Positions 29,335 to 39,404 are shown, counted from the first letter of the stretch. The stretch: DNA of 64,000 nucleotides from an uncultured virus (IMG/VR IMGVR_UViG_3300029305_009261) (IMGVR_UViG_3300029305_009261); one strand, 5' to 3'. Made by a program: numbers and translations. Notes: generated from the sequence alone by a model not told the origin.

Positions 29335-29550
29335 TTAAATAGTAACTTGTGGAGAGTTAATAATGATAACATCTTCTATAGAAGCGATTTCTCTTCTCTC
29401 CTCCCAATATAAGTCACAAGCAATAGAAATTGCTTCATTTTCGTTTTTGGCTTCGACAATATATTGACGGTTAAAAACTTGTAATTCATAGGTCTCTGAA
29501 ATTTTTGGTTCAAAAATATCGATAGGTGCTGTTGCTGTCCAATAGCTCAT
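29335..29550 (-). CDS. Hypothetical protein (tail PQVTI)
   Basis: IVEAKNENEAI resembles the DpnD/PcfM motif. Confidence 0.6.
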   Translation of the reverse strand: MSYWTATAPIDIFEPKISETYELQVFNRQYIVEAKNENEAISIACDLYWEERREIASIEDVIIINSPQVTI

Positions 29551-29577
29551 ATTTATAGGAACTCCTTTGGTCGTATT

Positions 29578-29922
29578 TTATTTTTGTAAAGCTTTATTAA
29601 AAGATTGCGAGTATTCTTCTATAATCTCTTCTTTCGTTCCTCTGACACTATTGCCTTCTGTTTCATAAATAGAACAAAGATTTGTGATAATACTATGCTC
29701 TTCTTTAGTAAATGGAATTTCTGTATAGAGTTCATAGTCATTATCTCCATGTTTGAAAATAAGTCCTGAAATCTCTAATTGAGGCTGTGAAGTTTTTATT
29801 TTTTGAACTTCAGAAACATGTTTTGCTAACTTAATAAATGCTTTTCTTTCTTCTTCAGTAAAAAGTGCATGATTTTCGATTGCACTATATAAATCTTCTA
29901 GACGAATATATGTAGGTCTCAT
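29578..29922 (-). CDS. Hypothetical protein
   Basis: 114 aa ORF. Confidence 0.65.
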   Translation of the reverse strand: MRPTYIRLEDLYSAIENHALFTEEERKAFIKLAKHVSEVQKIKTSQPQLEISGLIFKHGDNDYELYTEIPFTKEEHSIITNLCSIYETEGNSVRGTKEEIIEEYSQSFNKALQK

Positions 29923-29934
29923 AAAGATACTCTC

Positions 29935-30333
29935 CTATCTGGTTAATGATTGTGATAATTTCGCTAAAGCTTCTTTTGTATTTTGAGGAAAATTTGGATT
30001 ATCTAAAGCAGCTTGACGAACTTCTTCTGAATTAGAAAGAACATGAATGTCCCTTAAAATTTCAGAAGATGTATTAGGATTCTCCGCAAAAAGCTTTAAG
30101 ATATCCTCTTGACATTCCGTAAAGGATGAAGTTGGATAGAATTTTAAATGGATGTGACGAATAACAAAAGGAGGAGTAAACTCATTCTGTAAAAAAGCTT
30201 TTAGTACGTCTTCTGTAAGTAAATTTTGAGAATATGCAAAATCATAACAATCCCTTAAATCAGAATATAAATAAGCTTTGTTGATTTTTTGAACCATATC
30301 TTTACTGGCAATTGTTATTTTCTCATTTGTCAT
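29935..30333 (-). CDS. LRV/HEAT-like repeat protein (tail QSLTR)
   Basis: AENPNTSSEIL...EEVRQAALDNPNFP. Confidence 0.7.
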   Translation of the reverse strand: MTNEKITIASKDMVQKINKAYLYSDLRDCYDFAYSQNLLTEDVLKAFLQNEFTPPFVIRHIHLKFYPTSSFTECQEDILKLFAENPNTSSEILRDIHVLSNSEEVRQAALDNPNFPQNTKEALAKLSQSLTR

Positions 30334-30363
30334 GTGTTTATTCCTCCTGTTGTAGAAACTAAA

Positions 30364-31236
30364 TTAGATAGAAAAAGGAGCAGGATGAGTTGGTGGCTCT
30401 ATTTCTCTTTCTTCTTGGAAATTTGGATTTGCAAGAATGGCTCGTCTCACTTCGTCTGAAGTGGTAATCGTAAAAATAGCTCCTAAAATATTAGAAGGAG
30501 TATTTGGATTGATAGCAAACATAAGATGTAATTTGTCATCAAAATCTTCTAAATCAGGAAACATATTCTCTTGGATTTCTTGAATTATATCAGAAGGAGT
30601 ATTTTGGTTCTGCAAAAAAGCAATAATAAGTTCATTGGTTAATAAATTATGTTCTTTTGCATATTCATAAAGTTGACGTAAAGTTTCTGCAGAAGTGTTC
30701 GGATGAGAAGCAATCATGACTAAAATATCATCATTTGCTTTTTTTATAGCAGAAACATATTCTTCAAACAAATCTTGGATTGTGTCAGAAGGAAGATTCC
30801 TTTGTGTTAAAAGTTTAGAGACTACTCTATTTGTAAAAAGACATGCTTGTTGTACTAAATCATAAACACCACGAAGAGTTTCTTCAGAAAGAGAATATGG
30901 GGTTAGTTGGTCTAAAATAAAACCTTCTGTGATAGAAATATAATTCGGATTTGCTTGAGATAAACGAAGTTCTTCTTCCTCTAAATATTCTCTTATGGCC
31001 TTTCTTATATTTCCATAATTAAGCTCATAGTCATATTCTTTAACATCAATAATTCGATTGTCTTTTACTACAATTAAATAATTGATTTTTGGAAATTCTT
31101 CTTTAGGAAAACTTTCTTTATATCCGGGTAAAAATTTTCGTGATTCACGAGCTGGATTCCAATAGGATAATGTTTCTGTGTTGTAATCGCTAAGATAATT
31201 ATTTCCTTTGAATTTGTCTCCAAAATGTACTCTCAT
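30364..31236 (-). CDS. LRV/HEAT-like repeat protein
   Basis: Repeated xNPNTP/S units; paralog of 29935. Confidence 0.7.
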   Translation of the reverse strand: MRVHFGDKFKGNNYLSDYNTETLSYWNPARESRKFLPGYKESFPKEEFPKINYLIVVKDNRIIDVKEYDYELNYGNIRKAIREYLEEEELRLSQANPNYISITEGFILDQLTPYSLSEETLRGVYDLVQQACLFTNRVVSKLLTQRNLPSDTIQDLFEEYVSAIKKANDDILVMIASHPNTSAETLRQLYEYAKEHNLLTNELIIAFLQNQNTPSDIIQEIQENMFPDLEDFDDKLHLMFAINPNTPSNILGAIFTITTSDEVRRAILANPNFQEEREIEPPTHPAPFSI

Positions 31237-31270
31237 AATAAAACCTTAGTTATTTGTAATTACTTTTATT

Positions 31271-31522
31271 TTATCTTTTTAGTCCTTTTTGTTGGAACTC
31301 TTCTGAAATGTCTGCTTCATCAAACCATGTTTGGCCAAATAAACCAATATAATTTTCTGTATCATTTTCGAGTTCCAAATCTACAGAAGAATTATCAGCA
31401 TGTAAAACGACTCTTCCAGCATTATAGGCGTCAGAAACAATATCTTCTGCTTCTAAATAATCTTCTGCTTCTACAATAACGGTCCGTGTGAAGGTTTCTT
31501 TCATTTGTACTGCGATTTTCAT
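31271..31522 (-). CDS. DpnD/PcfM-family protein
   Basis: VQMKETFTRTVIVEAEDYLEAEDIVSDAY...VVL. Confidence 0.75.
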   Translation of the reverse strand: MKIAVQMKETFTRTVIVEAEDYLEAEDIVSDAYNAGRVVLHADNSSVDLELENDTENYIGLFGQTWFDEADISEEFQQKGLKR

Positions 31523-31564
31523 AAATAGCACCTAATTTGTAAATACATTGTTTTTTTAAATAAA

Positions 31565-31933
31565 TTATAGATAAAGCTGTTGATATAGAGCTTGTTGTTC
31601 TTCTGTCGCTACAAAAGTATCTTCAGAAAATCCATACCATTTTGCTGTGTCAATTATTAGCTTGTCTTGAGCTTGGAATGATAAGTGGCTTTCAAATAAT
31701 TCTGCTTTAGAGGTTCGTTCTAAATAACGGTCTAAAGCTTTTGTTGCTTCGGAAGGGTGCTTATCCCAATACAAAAAATCTATAATTTTTTGTTTTTCAT
31801 CAGAAGAAATTGCTTCAATTAGTTCATCTCTATCTATTAAATCTTCTGCACAGGGCAAATCTCTTTCTTTAGCAATTTGTAATAAATAAAGAGTAGATTT
31901 TTCTACAAGAGTTAATTCTTCTTGAGGCTTCAT
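31565..31933 (-). CDS. Hypothetical protein
   Basis: 122 aa ORF, SD AAGGAG. Confidence 0.7.
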   Translation of the reverse strand: MKPQEELTLVEKSTLYLLQIAKERDLPCAEDLIDRDELIEAISSDEKQKIIDFLYWDKHPSEATKALDRYLERTSKAELFESHLSFQAQDKLIIDTAKWYGFSEDTFVATEEQQALYQQLYL

Positions 31934-31965
31934 AAATAAAAAGCTCCTTCGTAAATACTTATTAC

Positions 31966-31999
31966 TTATTAGCTAATAAATGGTTTAATTTTTCGGAAT
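31966..31999 (-). promoter_or_regulatory. Promoter-like motif, copy 6
   Basis: ttattagctaataaatggtttaatttttcggaat. Confidence 0.75.
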
Positions 32000-32044
32000 T
32001 ATAAAAAGAGAGATAGTTTTATCTACCTCTCTTCTCTTTATTGC

Positions 32045-33526
32045 TTATTTTACTGTTCTCATCTGATAGCAACTTTGAATTAAGAATGGAGCTAATGGTC
32101 TGGTTTTTAAAACCACTTTACCTTCTAGTACAGCAGCTTCACTTGTAGTAAGAAAACCATCATTTCCCCACTCATGAAGTAGAATAACATGACTGCCCGG
32201 AGATAATAAGAAGTCCATAGAAGATAACTCATTCGTATCTGTAACACGTTTTCCTAATCCTAAAAGCATAGAAGTATTTTTCTTACCCGGAATGCCAAAG
32301 ACAGCGGTAATATATCCAGAACAATCTAAACCACAAGAATCTGTTTTTAAATATCCATGAGTATCTGTATTTCCTGCATTTTTACCACTTGCTAATGCAG
32401 AAGGAAAGGTTCCATAAACAGAAGTGGCTTTTGATAAGGTATTACAACCTCCCCAACAATATGGAATACCTTTGATTTCTGGCAGAACATCAGAAAAATC
32501 TTTATAATAAAGAATTTCTTTTGGGATTTCAACATCTTTACTATTTTCAATATTTGTATTTTTTAAAGAATAAGTATAATTGATAATTTCTAATGCATTT
32601 TGTAATACAATTTTTTTGGAAAGAGTTGTTGATAAATCAGCATAACTATTCTCTCTCCGTTTATATTCGGTTTCTTTTTCAGAAATCATTTGGCGAATTT
32701 CTTCTTCGTAGGTATATGGTTCTGAACGAAAAAAGATACGTTTGATGCAATATTCTTCTTCCATAGTATAAAGAAAATAACAGATACCATCATCACTTAC
32801 TTGAAAGAAGGTATCGGCTAATCCCGTAATATCCATTGTCGGTATTGTAAAGTATCCAACAGGTTCTTTCTTTGCATTAGTTTTGATAATAGTTAATTCT
32901 CCGGAAAGAATAGAAGTATCTTCAAAGATGTTTGCAGCAAGGTAATAAGAATTTCCTCTTTCGTCTGAATCAATTCGATAATTATAATCATAGGTATCTA
33001 AATCCAAACGTTCTAACTGAAAACCAACTGTTGTAATAGCTTTTGTATTTTTGTTATATAGATAAGTTCTTTCTTGGTCTGTTTGAAAAAGTAAATATGG
33101 ATTTGACTGTCTCATCCATAAAACTTCTTCTTCTACCTCTAATGGAACTTTTACTTTGGACAAAAAATCTCCAGTTTTATCAAATAAAATAACAGACTGT
33201 AATAAGTCGTCATAAATGTATAGAGTATCTTTATCTACAACAATATCAGAGGGTAATGCCGTTTCCTTTATAGGAATGCGAACTTCATTTTCTTTTGTGG
33301 CGTGAATTACATTTTTGCCATAGGTATCGATAACCCAAAAAGCATCATTGGAATCATCTAAATAAAATCCTGTACAGTTTTCAATAGAAATTTCTTCTTC
33401 GATAGCTTCTGTTGTATCTACTCGATTTGTATTCCAATAAAGGGTATTAGAAGTTGACCCGAGATTTGCATCGCTTAAACAGATAACAGAAGTTGCAATC
33501 AATATAGAACTTAAAAGATGTTTCAT
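32045..33526 (-). CDS. Secreted protein with C-terminal NlpC/P60-like cysteine peptidase
   Basis: Signal peptide; PYCWGG...GLDCSGYI...GSHV. Confidence 0.75.
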   Translation of the reverse strand: MKHLLSSILIATSVICLSDANLGSTSNTLYWNTNRVDTTEAIEEEISIENCTGFYLDDSNDAFWVIDTYGKNVIHATKENEVRIPIKETALPSDIVVDKDTLYIYDDLLQSVILFDKTGDFLSKVKVPLEVEEEVLWMRQSNPYLLFQTDQERTYLYNKNTKAITTVGFQLERLDLDTYDYNYRIDSDERGNSYYLAANIFEDTSILSGELTIIKTNAKKEPVGYFTIPTMDITGLADTFFQVSDDGICYFLYTMEEEYCIKRIFFRSEPYTYEEEIRQMISEKETEYKRRENSYADLSTTLSKKIVLQNALEIINYTYSLKNTNIENSKDVEIPKEILYYKDFSDVLPEIKGIPYCWGGCNTLSKATSVYGTFPSALASGKNAGNTDTHGYLKTDSCGLDCSGYITAVFGIPGKKNTSMLLGLGKRVTDTNELSSMDFLLSPGSHVILLHEWGNDGFLTTSEAAVLEGKVVLKTRPLAPFLIQSCYQMRTVK

Positions 33527-33579
33527 GTTTTTATAATTCTCCTAAAACTTTTTTCTAGATGTAGAAAATTCACATCTAT

Positions 33580-33613
33580 TTATTAGCTACATTTTGGTTT
33601 AAGTTTTAGGAAT
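33580..33613 (-). promoter_or_regulatory. Promoter-like motif, copy 7
   Basis: ttattagctacattttggtttaagttttaggaat. Confidence 0.7.
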
Positions 33614-33624
33614 ATATATTTTAT

Positions 33625-33647
33625 TTAGTATATGTAAAAGTTTGACA
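33625..33647. repeat. 23 bp box identical to 60406..60428
   Basis: ttagtatatgtaaaagtttgaca. Confidence 0.75.
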
Positions 33648-33802
33648 CGTTTTTATGAAACTTTTACATAAAAAAAACAGCACTATCCGGCAGTAGACAA
33701 TGCTGTTTCTAAGGTTTGGCTATCAGAGAAGATATGCCATATAGGGTCAGAAATTAGTATAATAAAAAGTATAATCAATGTCAAGATTTATATAGAGTAA
33801 TA

Positions 33803-34513
33803 TTAAGAAATTTCATAAATCAAATGAGGAAATTGTAAATAATGATAATTTAAAATAATTTCTTTTTCGCCTCGTTCATTCGTATATGCAATGATTTTAT
33901 CTTTTGGAATTTGAGCTTGATAAACATAACCTTTTTTCTCAAATCGTTCTGCAAACCAAATTGCAATATCTTTATCTAATGTCCAAGAAAAACTTTCTAC
34001 TGCTTGCTTTTCTTTCACTCCTCGAAAAACAGTAATCGTTTCCGGAAGAGATTGCAATATCTGTTTCTCTTCTTTGTCCATAAATTTATTAGGATTTGCT
34101 TCTTTCAGCCAGCTTAATATTTTTCTCATAGAAACATTAACATCTGTTGCAAAACTTTCAATGGAAGTCCATTGATAAAGTAATAAATCTCCACACATTT
34201 TTTTAGTACAAATATTTTCTTTTTCTAAATAAGAAATAAAGGTTACTCGATAACTTTTCCTTACTTTTGAAACTAAAGAATTTAGAGAATCCGAAGAGCA
34301 TAAATAATCTTCAAAAAATCCTTCCTTATATTTTTCAAAACGTTCTGGGTCTTTATCTAACTGAAACAAGCCCTGCGCATCACACAAGGCTCCTGTTTCA
34401 AAAAATGGGTGCAGAACAAATAAATATCCAAAGTCTTCGTGAGGTTGAACAGGAAGGTCTAAGAATAATTTTGCTAATTGTTTGGCAGCATCTAAGCGTT
34501 CTTTTTCAGTCAT
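33803..34513 (-). CDS. ADP-ribosyltransferase-like (R-S-E) domain protein
   Basis: TVFRG...SFSWTLDKDIAIWFA...ERGEKEII. Confidence 0.6.
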   Translation of the reverse strand: MTEKERLDAAKQLAKLFLDLPVQPHEDFGYLFVLHPFFETGALCDAQGLFQLDKDPERFEKYKEGFFEDYLCSSDSLNSLVSKVRKSYRVTFISYLEKENICTKKMCGDLLLYQWTSIESFATDVNVSMRKILSWLKEANPNKFMDKEEKQILQSLPETITVFRGVKEKQAVESFSWTLDKDIAIWFAERFEKKGYVYQAQIPKDKIIAYTNERGEKEIILNYHYLQFPHLIYEIS

Positions 34514-34585
34514 ATGTAAAATTTTCTCCTTTTAAGCTTTTCCTATGTTTAATATATCAAAAAAGGGAACTTAAGTAAAGAAAGA

Positions 34586-35725
34586 TTATGAAAAAATATC
34601 TCGTTCCATATAGGCTAAATAAAGACAAATAACGGTAGCAATTCCGGATGTTTTATGAAGCATATCCTTAAGTGCTCTAAAATCTGTAGGAATTTTATTA
34701 TCTTTTGCATATTGATATTCTTCTATTGGCTGATTACGGTATCTACGTTCTGCTTTTAAATAACGTTTTACCGCTGCAAGAATAAATTTTCGTAATAACT
34801 TAGCTCCAACATGATACATATTAAGAAGGGTTATCCAATATGGATGCGCAGAACAAACTGTCATACAAAACGAAGCTTTATTGATTATAGGTTTATATTT
34901 GGTTTTATCTTCTTCCGGCAGCAAAACTTCCATGATGTAGGAAAAGTTAATTGGTTCGGAAAAAATTGAAACAATTTTTTTGGCCTCAGGTTCTGGTGTA
35001 TAAGGAATGGAACATGTAGTATTAGGAAAGTAATATACAATAAAATCTGTTAGTTCTCCAGTTTCTAAATCATAAACGCCTAAAGCAGAATTTGTTATAG
35101 TTTCCTCTGTTTCTCTATCATAAACATGAATCTGAAAAGCTTGAAAAGTATTTGTATAATAAGCCCCTTCTTTACTTAAATTTGCTTTAGTAAAACCAAA
35201 ACAAAAGTTTGGAGAAGATTTTTTTATATCTGGATAATAAAATTGTGGGCAAAGAATATCAATTCTTGCTGTATCAAAAAGAGAACATACTTTAGCACGA
35301 GGAGAATCTCCTAATGTTTTAAGGACATAGGTAATATCATCTTCTTCAATTTGACAAGCCTGCCAAAATGATAAAGGCAAAAAATCTTGACCAGTAGTTA
35401 AATCGTCTTCTGTTAAAGAGCTAGACAAAACAACTCCCATAGCGATACAAGTTCGAAAAGATGGGTCTTTTGTTAAACGAATTACAGAATTAGGCTTTGG
35501 AGCTTGAAATAAATCAAAAGCACTAATACTTCCCTTTTCTGTACTAATCAATATCTCACTAGGAGTTATATTTTTATTCCAAAGTTCATCAAGGGCAGGA
35601 ATTAAACTTTCTTTTGTTTCTTCCTGAAAGTTAGGAATCTCGGGAAGTTGTTTGATTTCTGTGGATGTTTTTCCGGCATAAGTTTCGAGTTGGTCTATGC
35701 GAAGCGGGTATGTAAGTAAAAACAT
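34586..35725 (-). CDS. Hypothetical protein
   Basis: 379 aa ORF. Confidence 0.75.
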   Translation of the reverse strand: MFLLTYPLRIDQLETYAGKTSTEIKQLPEIPNFQEETKESLIPALDELWNKNITPSEILISTEKGSISAFDLFQAPKPNSVIRLTKDPSFRTCIAMGVVLSSSLTEDDLTTGQDFLPLSFWQACQIEEDDITYVLKTLGDSPRAKVCSLFDTARIDILCPQFYYPDIKKSSPNFCFGFTKANLSKEGAYYTNTFQAFQIHVYDRETEETITNSALGVYDLETGELTDFIVYYFPNTTCSIPYTPEPEAKKIVSIFSEPINFSYIMEVLLPEEDKTKYKPIINKASFCMTVCSAHPYWITLLNMYHVGAKLLRKFILAAVKRYLKAERRYRNQPIEEYQYAKDNKIPTDFRALKDMLHKTSGIATVICLYLAYMERDIFS

Positions 35726-35740
35726 AGATAAGAAAACTCC

Positions 35741-36733
35741 TTATTTATAATGATTGGTAACGCTTGGGTTTCGAATACTGCCTGTCCTAAAACTAGACAT
35801 AGTTCGATTAGTTACAATGGTGCCATCAGAAAATTGAACATCTATATCTAAAGAGGAACGGTAAACGATGATAGTCATCATCATTCCATTATTTGCAATT
35901 TTAGAAAGTCCAACATGACGTTCTGGATTTTTAATATTTCCTAAATGAAAATTTCGATAAGAAATATGAGATAGAATTGCATTGTTTGAATGGAAACGTA
36001 CTGTGCAATCCCTACTGTTTAAATATTCGATTAAAGTGACCATTTCGCCATCTTTCGTAATAACAGACTCTCCTACTCTCCTTTTTGCATAATTTTCAAT
36101 AGCGTGAGTTTTTTTTGTGACAGTAATATTTGGGTTTTTAACAGCTCCTTGTAAAAAGTAATAATAGCGAATACCTTTTGCAATATAACCATCAGAAAAT
36201 TTAACATCAATATTGTGAGCATTGTGATAAGCAATAATGGTTGCACTCATTCCATTATTCATGATTCTAGTTTCTCCAATACGTCCGATGCTATTACAAA
36301 GTGGGCAAATATTTTCTTTTTGACAACGATAATCAATACGGGATTCCCATTCGTGTCCTTCTTTACAACTCCACCAAACTTTTTTATTTGTTTTTTCTGT
36401 AACGTCAGTAACTAGTAACGGATGATTTTTGGTAGGATGCCATTCGGCTGCAATTCTTGGATGTGTAGTAGATAAATCATTTTCTCCGGGGATTGCAGAA
36501 CGTTTTTTGCAATATGGACAACCTGTGTCATGAAAAGCTCTATTGGGGATACAACGTTGCCATTCATGACCGTGTTCACATTTCCACCAAATATTTCTGG
36601 AGGAATTTGCAGTAGTCTGTTCTGGAGACAAAGGCAAGTTCTTTTCTGGATGCCATTGTTCCACTAATTTTGGATGCGTTGTTGCTAAGTCGTTTTGACC
36701 AACAATGATTTTTCCTTTCATAAGGATTTTCAT
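35741..36733 (-). CDS. Zinc-ribbon (treble-clef, DUF4379-like) repeat protein
   Basis: Two WHP.KN...WW.C..GHEW...CP.C units plus three GM..TII.Y....IDV.FSDG-type repeats. Confidence 0.85.
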   Translation of the reverse strand: MKILMKGKIIVGQNDLATTHPKLVEQWHPEKNLPLSPEQTTANSSRNIWWKCEHGHEWQRCIPNRAFHDTGCPYCKKRSAIPGENDLSTTHPRIAAEWHPTKNHPLLVTDVTEKTNKKVWWSCKEGHEWESRIDYRCQKENICPLCNSIGRIGETRIMNNGMSATIIAYHNAHNIDVKFSDGYIAKGIRYYYFLQGAVKNPNITVTKKTHAIENYAKRRVGESVITKDGEMVTLIEYLNSRDCTVRFHSNNAILSHISYRNFHLGNIKNPERHVGLSKIANNGMMMTIIVYRSSLDIDVQFSDGTIVTNRTMSSFRTGSIRNPSVTNHYK

Positions 36734-36789
36734 ACCTCCTTCTTTTCATACAAATTCGTGGGTAAAAAGATAATGAAAAAACTATTTAC

Positions 36790-36823
36790 TTATTAGCTAC
36801 AAATTGGTTTAAGATAACGGTAA
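36790..36823 (-). promoter_or_regulatory. Promoter-like motif, copy 8
   Basis: ttattagctacaaattggtttaagataacggtaa. Confidence 0.75.
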
Positions 36824-36861
36824 ATTATTGGCAGAAGGAATTATTGTAAAAGTAAAATAAA

Positions 36862-36892
36862 AGGAACACACCTATCAAAATAGATGTGTTCC
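36862..36892 (-). terminator. Intrinsic terminator
   Basis: ggaacaca.ctat...atag.tgtgttcc. Confidence 0.65.
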
Positions 36893-36897
36893 AGAAA

Positions 36898-37185
36898 TTA
36901 TTCAGAAAGTTGTTCTCTTAAATAGCATTCATAGTAACGATATTCATCAATACTAACAGCATCTTCTTTCATTGCGTTTAAGGCATCATAAATTGCACCT
37001 AGTAGTTCTTCTTCAGAAACTGAAGCTTTATATTCTTCTACAGATGATGCATCAAAAGCTGCAACACCTCCAAACAAAAACCAGAAGCTACCAATATAGC
37101 AAACAACACTTTGTACAAAATCAGAATAAACGATATTAATTAAATTTTTAGCACAACCAAGTTGTATCATTTCGTAAGTTATCAT
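36898..37185 (-). CDS. Hypothetical protein
   Basis: 95 aa ORF. Confidence 0.65.
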   Translation of the reverse strand: MITYEMIQLGCAKNLINIVYSDFVQSVVCYIGSFWFLFGGVAAFDASSVEEYKASVSEEELLGAIYDALNAMKEDAVSIDEYRYYECYLREQLSE

Positions 37186-37604
37186 GAAGAAATCGCCTCC
37201 TTCTGATAAGACCTTTTAATATTTTCCAAAAACTCAAATTGTTTATTAAATGGAAATTCACATTCTGGGTCTGTAGGTAGTTTTCCGTTACTATCCGGAA
37301 GTATGAAAAAAGAAACTTTTAACTCATTTGTTAAGGATACTGGAATAACAGAAACCGGAGCATCATTCAAAATACCCGTAAGCGTTTGTTCTTTTGAAAA
37401 AGAAGCAATGCCATCCATTTGACATTCTGCCATATAAGTTAAAAAATCTCTGGCTTCTGATTGAGAGATATTAAGGACAAGTCCTAATTCCGGAAGGTTT
37501 TTATTATTAAAACCCACGGTATGCATATCAATCTGATAATCTGGGGTGTCCTCTGTAGGAAACCGATAAAAAATAGTCCAATCTTTAACCACGGATGCTG
37601 ACAT
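37182..37604 (-). CDS. Hypothetical protein, DUF4262-like
   Basis: HTVG...PEL...LPDSNGKLPTDPEC. Confidence 0.55.
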   Translation of the reverse strand: MSASVVKDWTIFYRFPTEDTPDYQIDMHTVGFNNKNLPELGLVLNISQSEARDFLTYMAECQMDGIASFSKEQTLTGILNDAPVSVIPVSLTNELKVSFFILPDSNGKLPTDPECEFPFNKQFEFLENIKRSYQKEAISS

Positions 37605-37641
37605 AGAAAAAAACTCCTTTATAGTTTAGTGTTAAAAATTT

Positions 37642-37884
37642 TTAGCGAGAAAAGGACATATTGCATTCAATTTGAAATGCATTGGTAATTTTCTGAATCA
37701 TTTCTTCAAGAGAAGAGTTATGAGGACCTAACCGGACGGGAATTGGGTCATTGGTAGAGAATAATAGGGTATAAAGATAATTATTGGTGTCAGTTGCCAG
37801 CTTTACGACTCTCCCGTCCTGAAGCTGTGCCTGCCATTGTTCATTAAATCGATTCATAAAAAAGTCACTCCTTTTAGCTTTCAC
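37642..37884 (-). CDS. Hypothetical protein (tail MSFSR)
   Basis: ORF; likely starts at the internal MNRF after AAGGAG. Confidence 0.6.
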   Translation of the reverse strand: MKAKRSDFFMNRFNEQWQAQLQDGRVVKLATDTNNYLYTLLFSTNDPIPVRLGPHNSSLEEMIQKITNAFQIECNMSFSR

Positions 37885-38069
37885 TAATTTGTGTATACTT
37901 ATGAAAACTGCCTTGGGTAGCTTTGCAAATCGTCATATACTTTGAAATATATTATACGCTTTGCAATCTACTGGCAATTTTGGTATTAGTTGTTATAATA
38001 CCTAAAATTAAATTGGATAAATCTCTTACATTTCTTCTAAAACAGAAGAAGAAAATGTTTTACCAACAT

Positions 38070-38103
38070 ACATTAGCTAACTTTTGGTTTAATTTGTCGG
38101 TAA
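38070..38103 (-). promoter_or_regulatory. Promoter-like motif, copy 9
   Basis: acattagctaacttttggtttaatttgtcggtaa. Confidence 0.7.
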
Positions 38104-38340
38104 ATGTTTGCCAAGTTCTAAAAGTTGTTTTGAAAAGTTTTGGCAGTTCTTTTGTAAACTTTTAAGGGAAATAAATTATGCCAACAGATTTGAAAAATAT
38201 TTATAATTATTGTTACTATATTTAAAAGAAATAACAGGTTATAAGAAGTTATCCAGTTTTGGGCTGATTTTATTGTCAACGTTAGCAATGAAATAAAACT
38301 ATTTTACGCAATAATCTTGTCAACGCTGACAAGGAAAAAA

Positions 38341-38369
38341 GAAAGACTCTTAAAATTGAAGAGTCTTTC
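38341..38369 (-). terminator. Intrinsic terminator
   Basis: gaaagactctt...aagagtctttc. Confidence 0.75.
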
Positions 38370-38385
38370 CTGTTATGTGCTAAAA

Positions 38386-38505
38386 TTATCTTTCCTTAGA
38401 TTTTCTAGAGGCTCCCGGAACAAGTCGTCCATATGGTTTGGGAGCTGGTTTTAAAGATTTTAATTTAGAAGAAAGTACGTTCTTCATTAAGATAAAATAT
38501 TTCAT
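38386..38505 (-). CDS. 39 aa basic peptide
   Basis: MKYFILMKNVLSSKLKSLKPAPKPYGRLVPGASRKSKER*, SD AAGGAG, followed by a terminator. Confidence 0.5.
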   Translation of the reverse strand: MKYFILMKNVLSSKLKSLKPAPKPYGRLVPGASRKSKER

Positions 38506-38813
38506 GTTAATTCATCTCCTTTTGTATAAAAATAATAAGAATTAGAATTAGAGTTAATTTCTAGCAAAGCCTCTCTCATAATAACTGCATACATTTCTCT
38601 AGCAGAATATTTTTTTGAAAGGGTTTCCGTATCTTTTTTGGGGAAATTTTTAGAAAGCCAACATTTAATAGAATTTAAAAAAGTTTTGTTTTGAGAAGAT
38701 TCATAATATTTTACAAAATCTTCTTCAAATTCTAAAACAACAGTGCCTATTTAATAATGACATTTTCCGGGAATCGATAATGGAATTATTAAAAATTGAG
38801 ATTCTTTTGTCAT
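38502..38813 (-). pseudogene. Probable pseudogene with in-frame TAA
   Basis: ATG 38813 with SD GAGG under motif copy 10; TAA at codon 21, then about 80 open codons. Confidence 0.4.
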
Positions 38814-38846
38814 ATAATAAAACTACCTCTTTTTCAATTCTTGTAA

Positions 38847-38880
38847 TAATTAGCTAGTTTTTGGTTTAAGTTTACGGGAA
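38847..38880 (-). promoter_or_regulatory. Promoter-like motif, copy 10
   Basis: taattagctagtttttggtttaagtttacgggaa (nearly identical to copy 3). Confidence 0.75.
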
Positions 38881-38913
38881 AAGATTTCATCTTCTTCAAT
38901 TCTTTCAGAGATT

Positions 38914-39300
38914 TCATCTTCTTGCGGTAATGCCCAAGCCTTTTAATACTTTATTTTGTCTTGCAGCCTTCCTTAAAGGAGTTTTAATTAAACTATCAAT
39001 AGGATGAGCAATGGTATTACCAAAGTTTTTTACATTGTCTTGAAAACTCATATTAGCAGATTTTTCCCGATTACATGGTTTGCACATGGCTTGTAAATTC
39101 CAAACTTCATCCGTGCCGCCTTCGCTCCAAGGAACGATATGGTCTACTTCCATTTTTTCATCCTCTGGAATATAAGCATTTTCTCTACCGGGGCGGCCAC
39201 ACCATTTTCCGCAGCAAGCACATTTATACCACATGCCATCTTTTCCAAATCTTTTCTTTCCGGGATTTTCTTTTATAAATTCGTATCTATAATTCATCAT
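38914..39300 (-). CDS. HNH endonuclease
   Basis: CACC...EVDHIVPWSEGGTDEVWNLQAMCKPCNREK. Confidence 0.9.
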   Translation of the reverse strand: MMNYRYEFIKENPGKKRFGKDGMWYKCACCGKWCGRPGRENAYIPEDEKMEVDHIVPWSEGGTDEVWNLQAMCKPCNREKSANMSFQDNVKNFGNTIAHPIDSLIKTPLRKAARQNKVLKGLGITARR

Positions 39301-39344
39301 GTCAAAAATCCTTTTTCTTTTGAAAATACTGTTTTTGTTGTTAA

Positions 39345-39378
39345 GTATTAGCTAAAAAATGGTTTAAGTAAGCGGAAA
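39345..39378 (-). promoter_or_regulatory. Promoter-like motif, copy 11
   Basis: gtattagctaaaaaatggtttaagtaagcggaaa. Confidence 0.75.
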
Positions 39379-39404
39379 TGTCATATATTTAAAGTACATA
39401 CATA

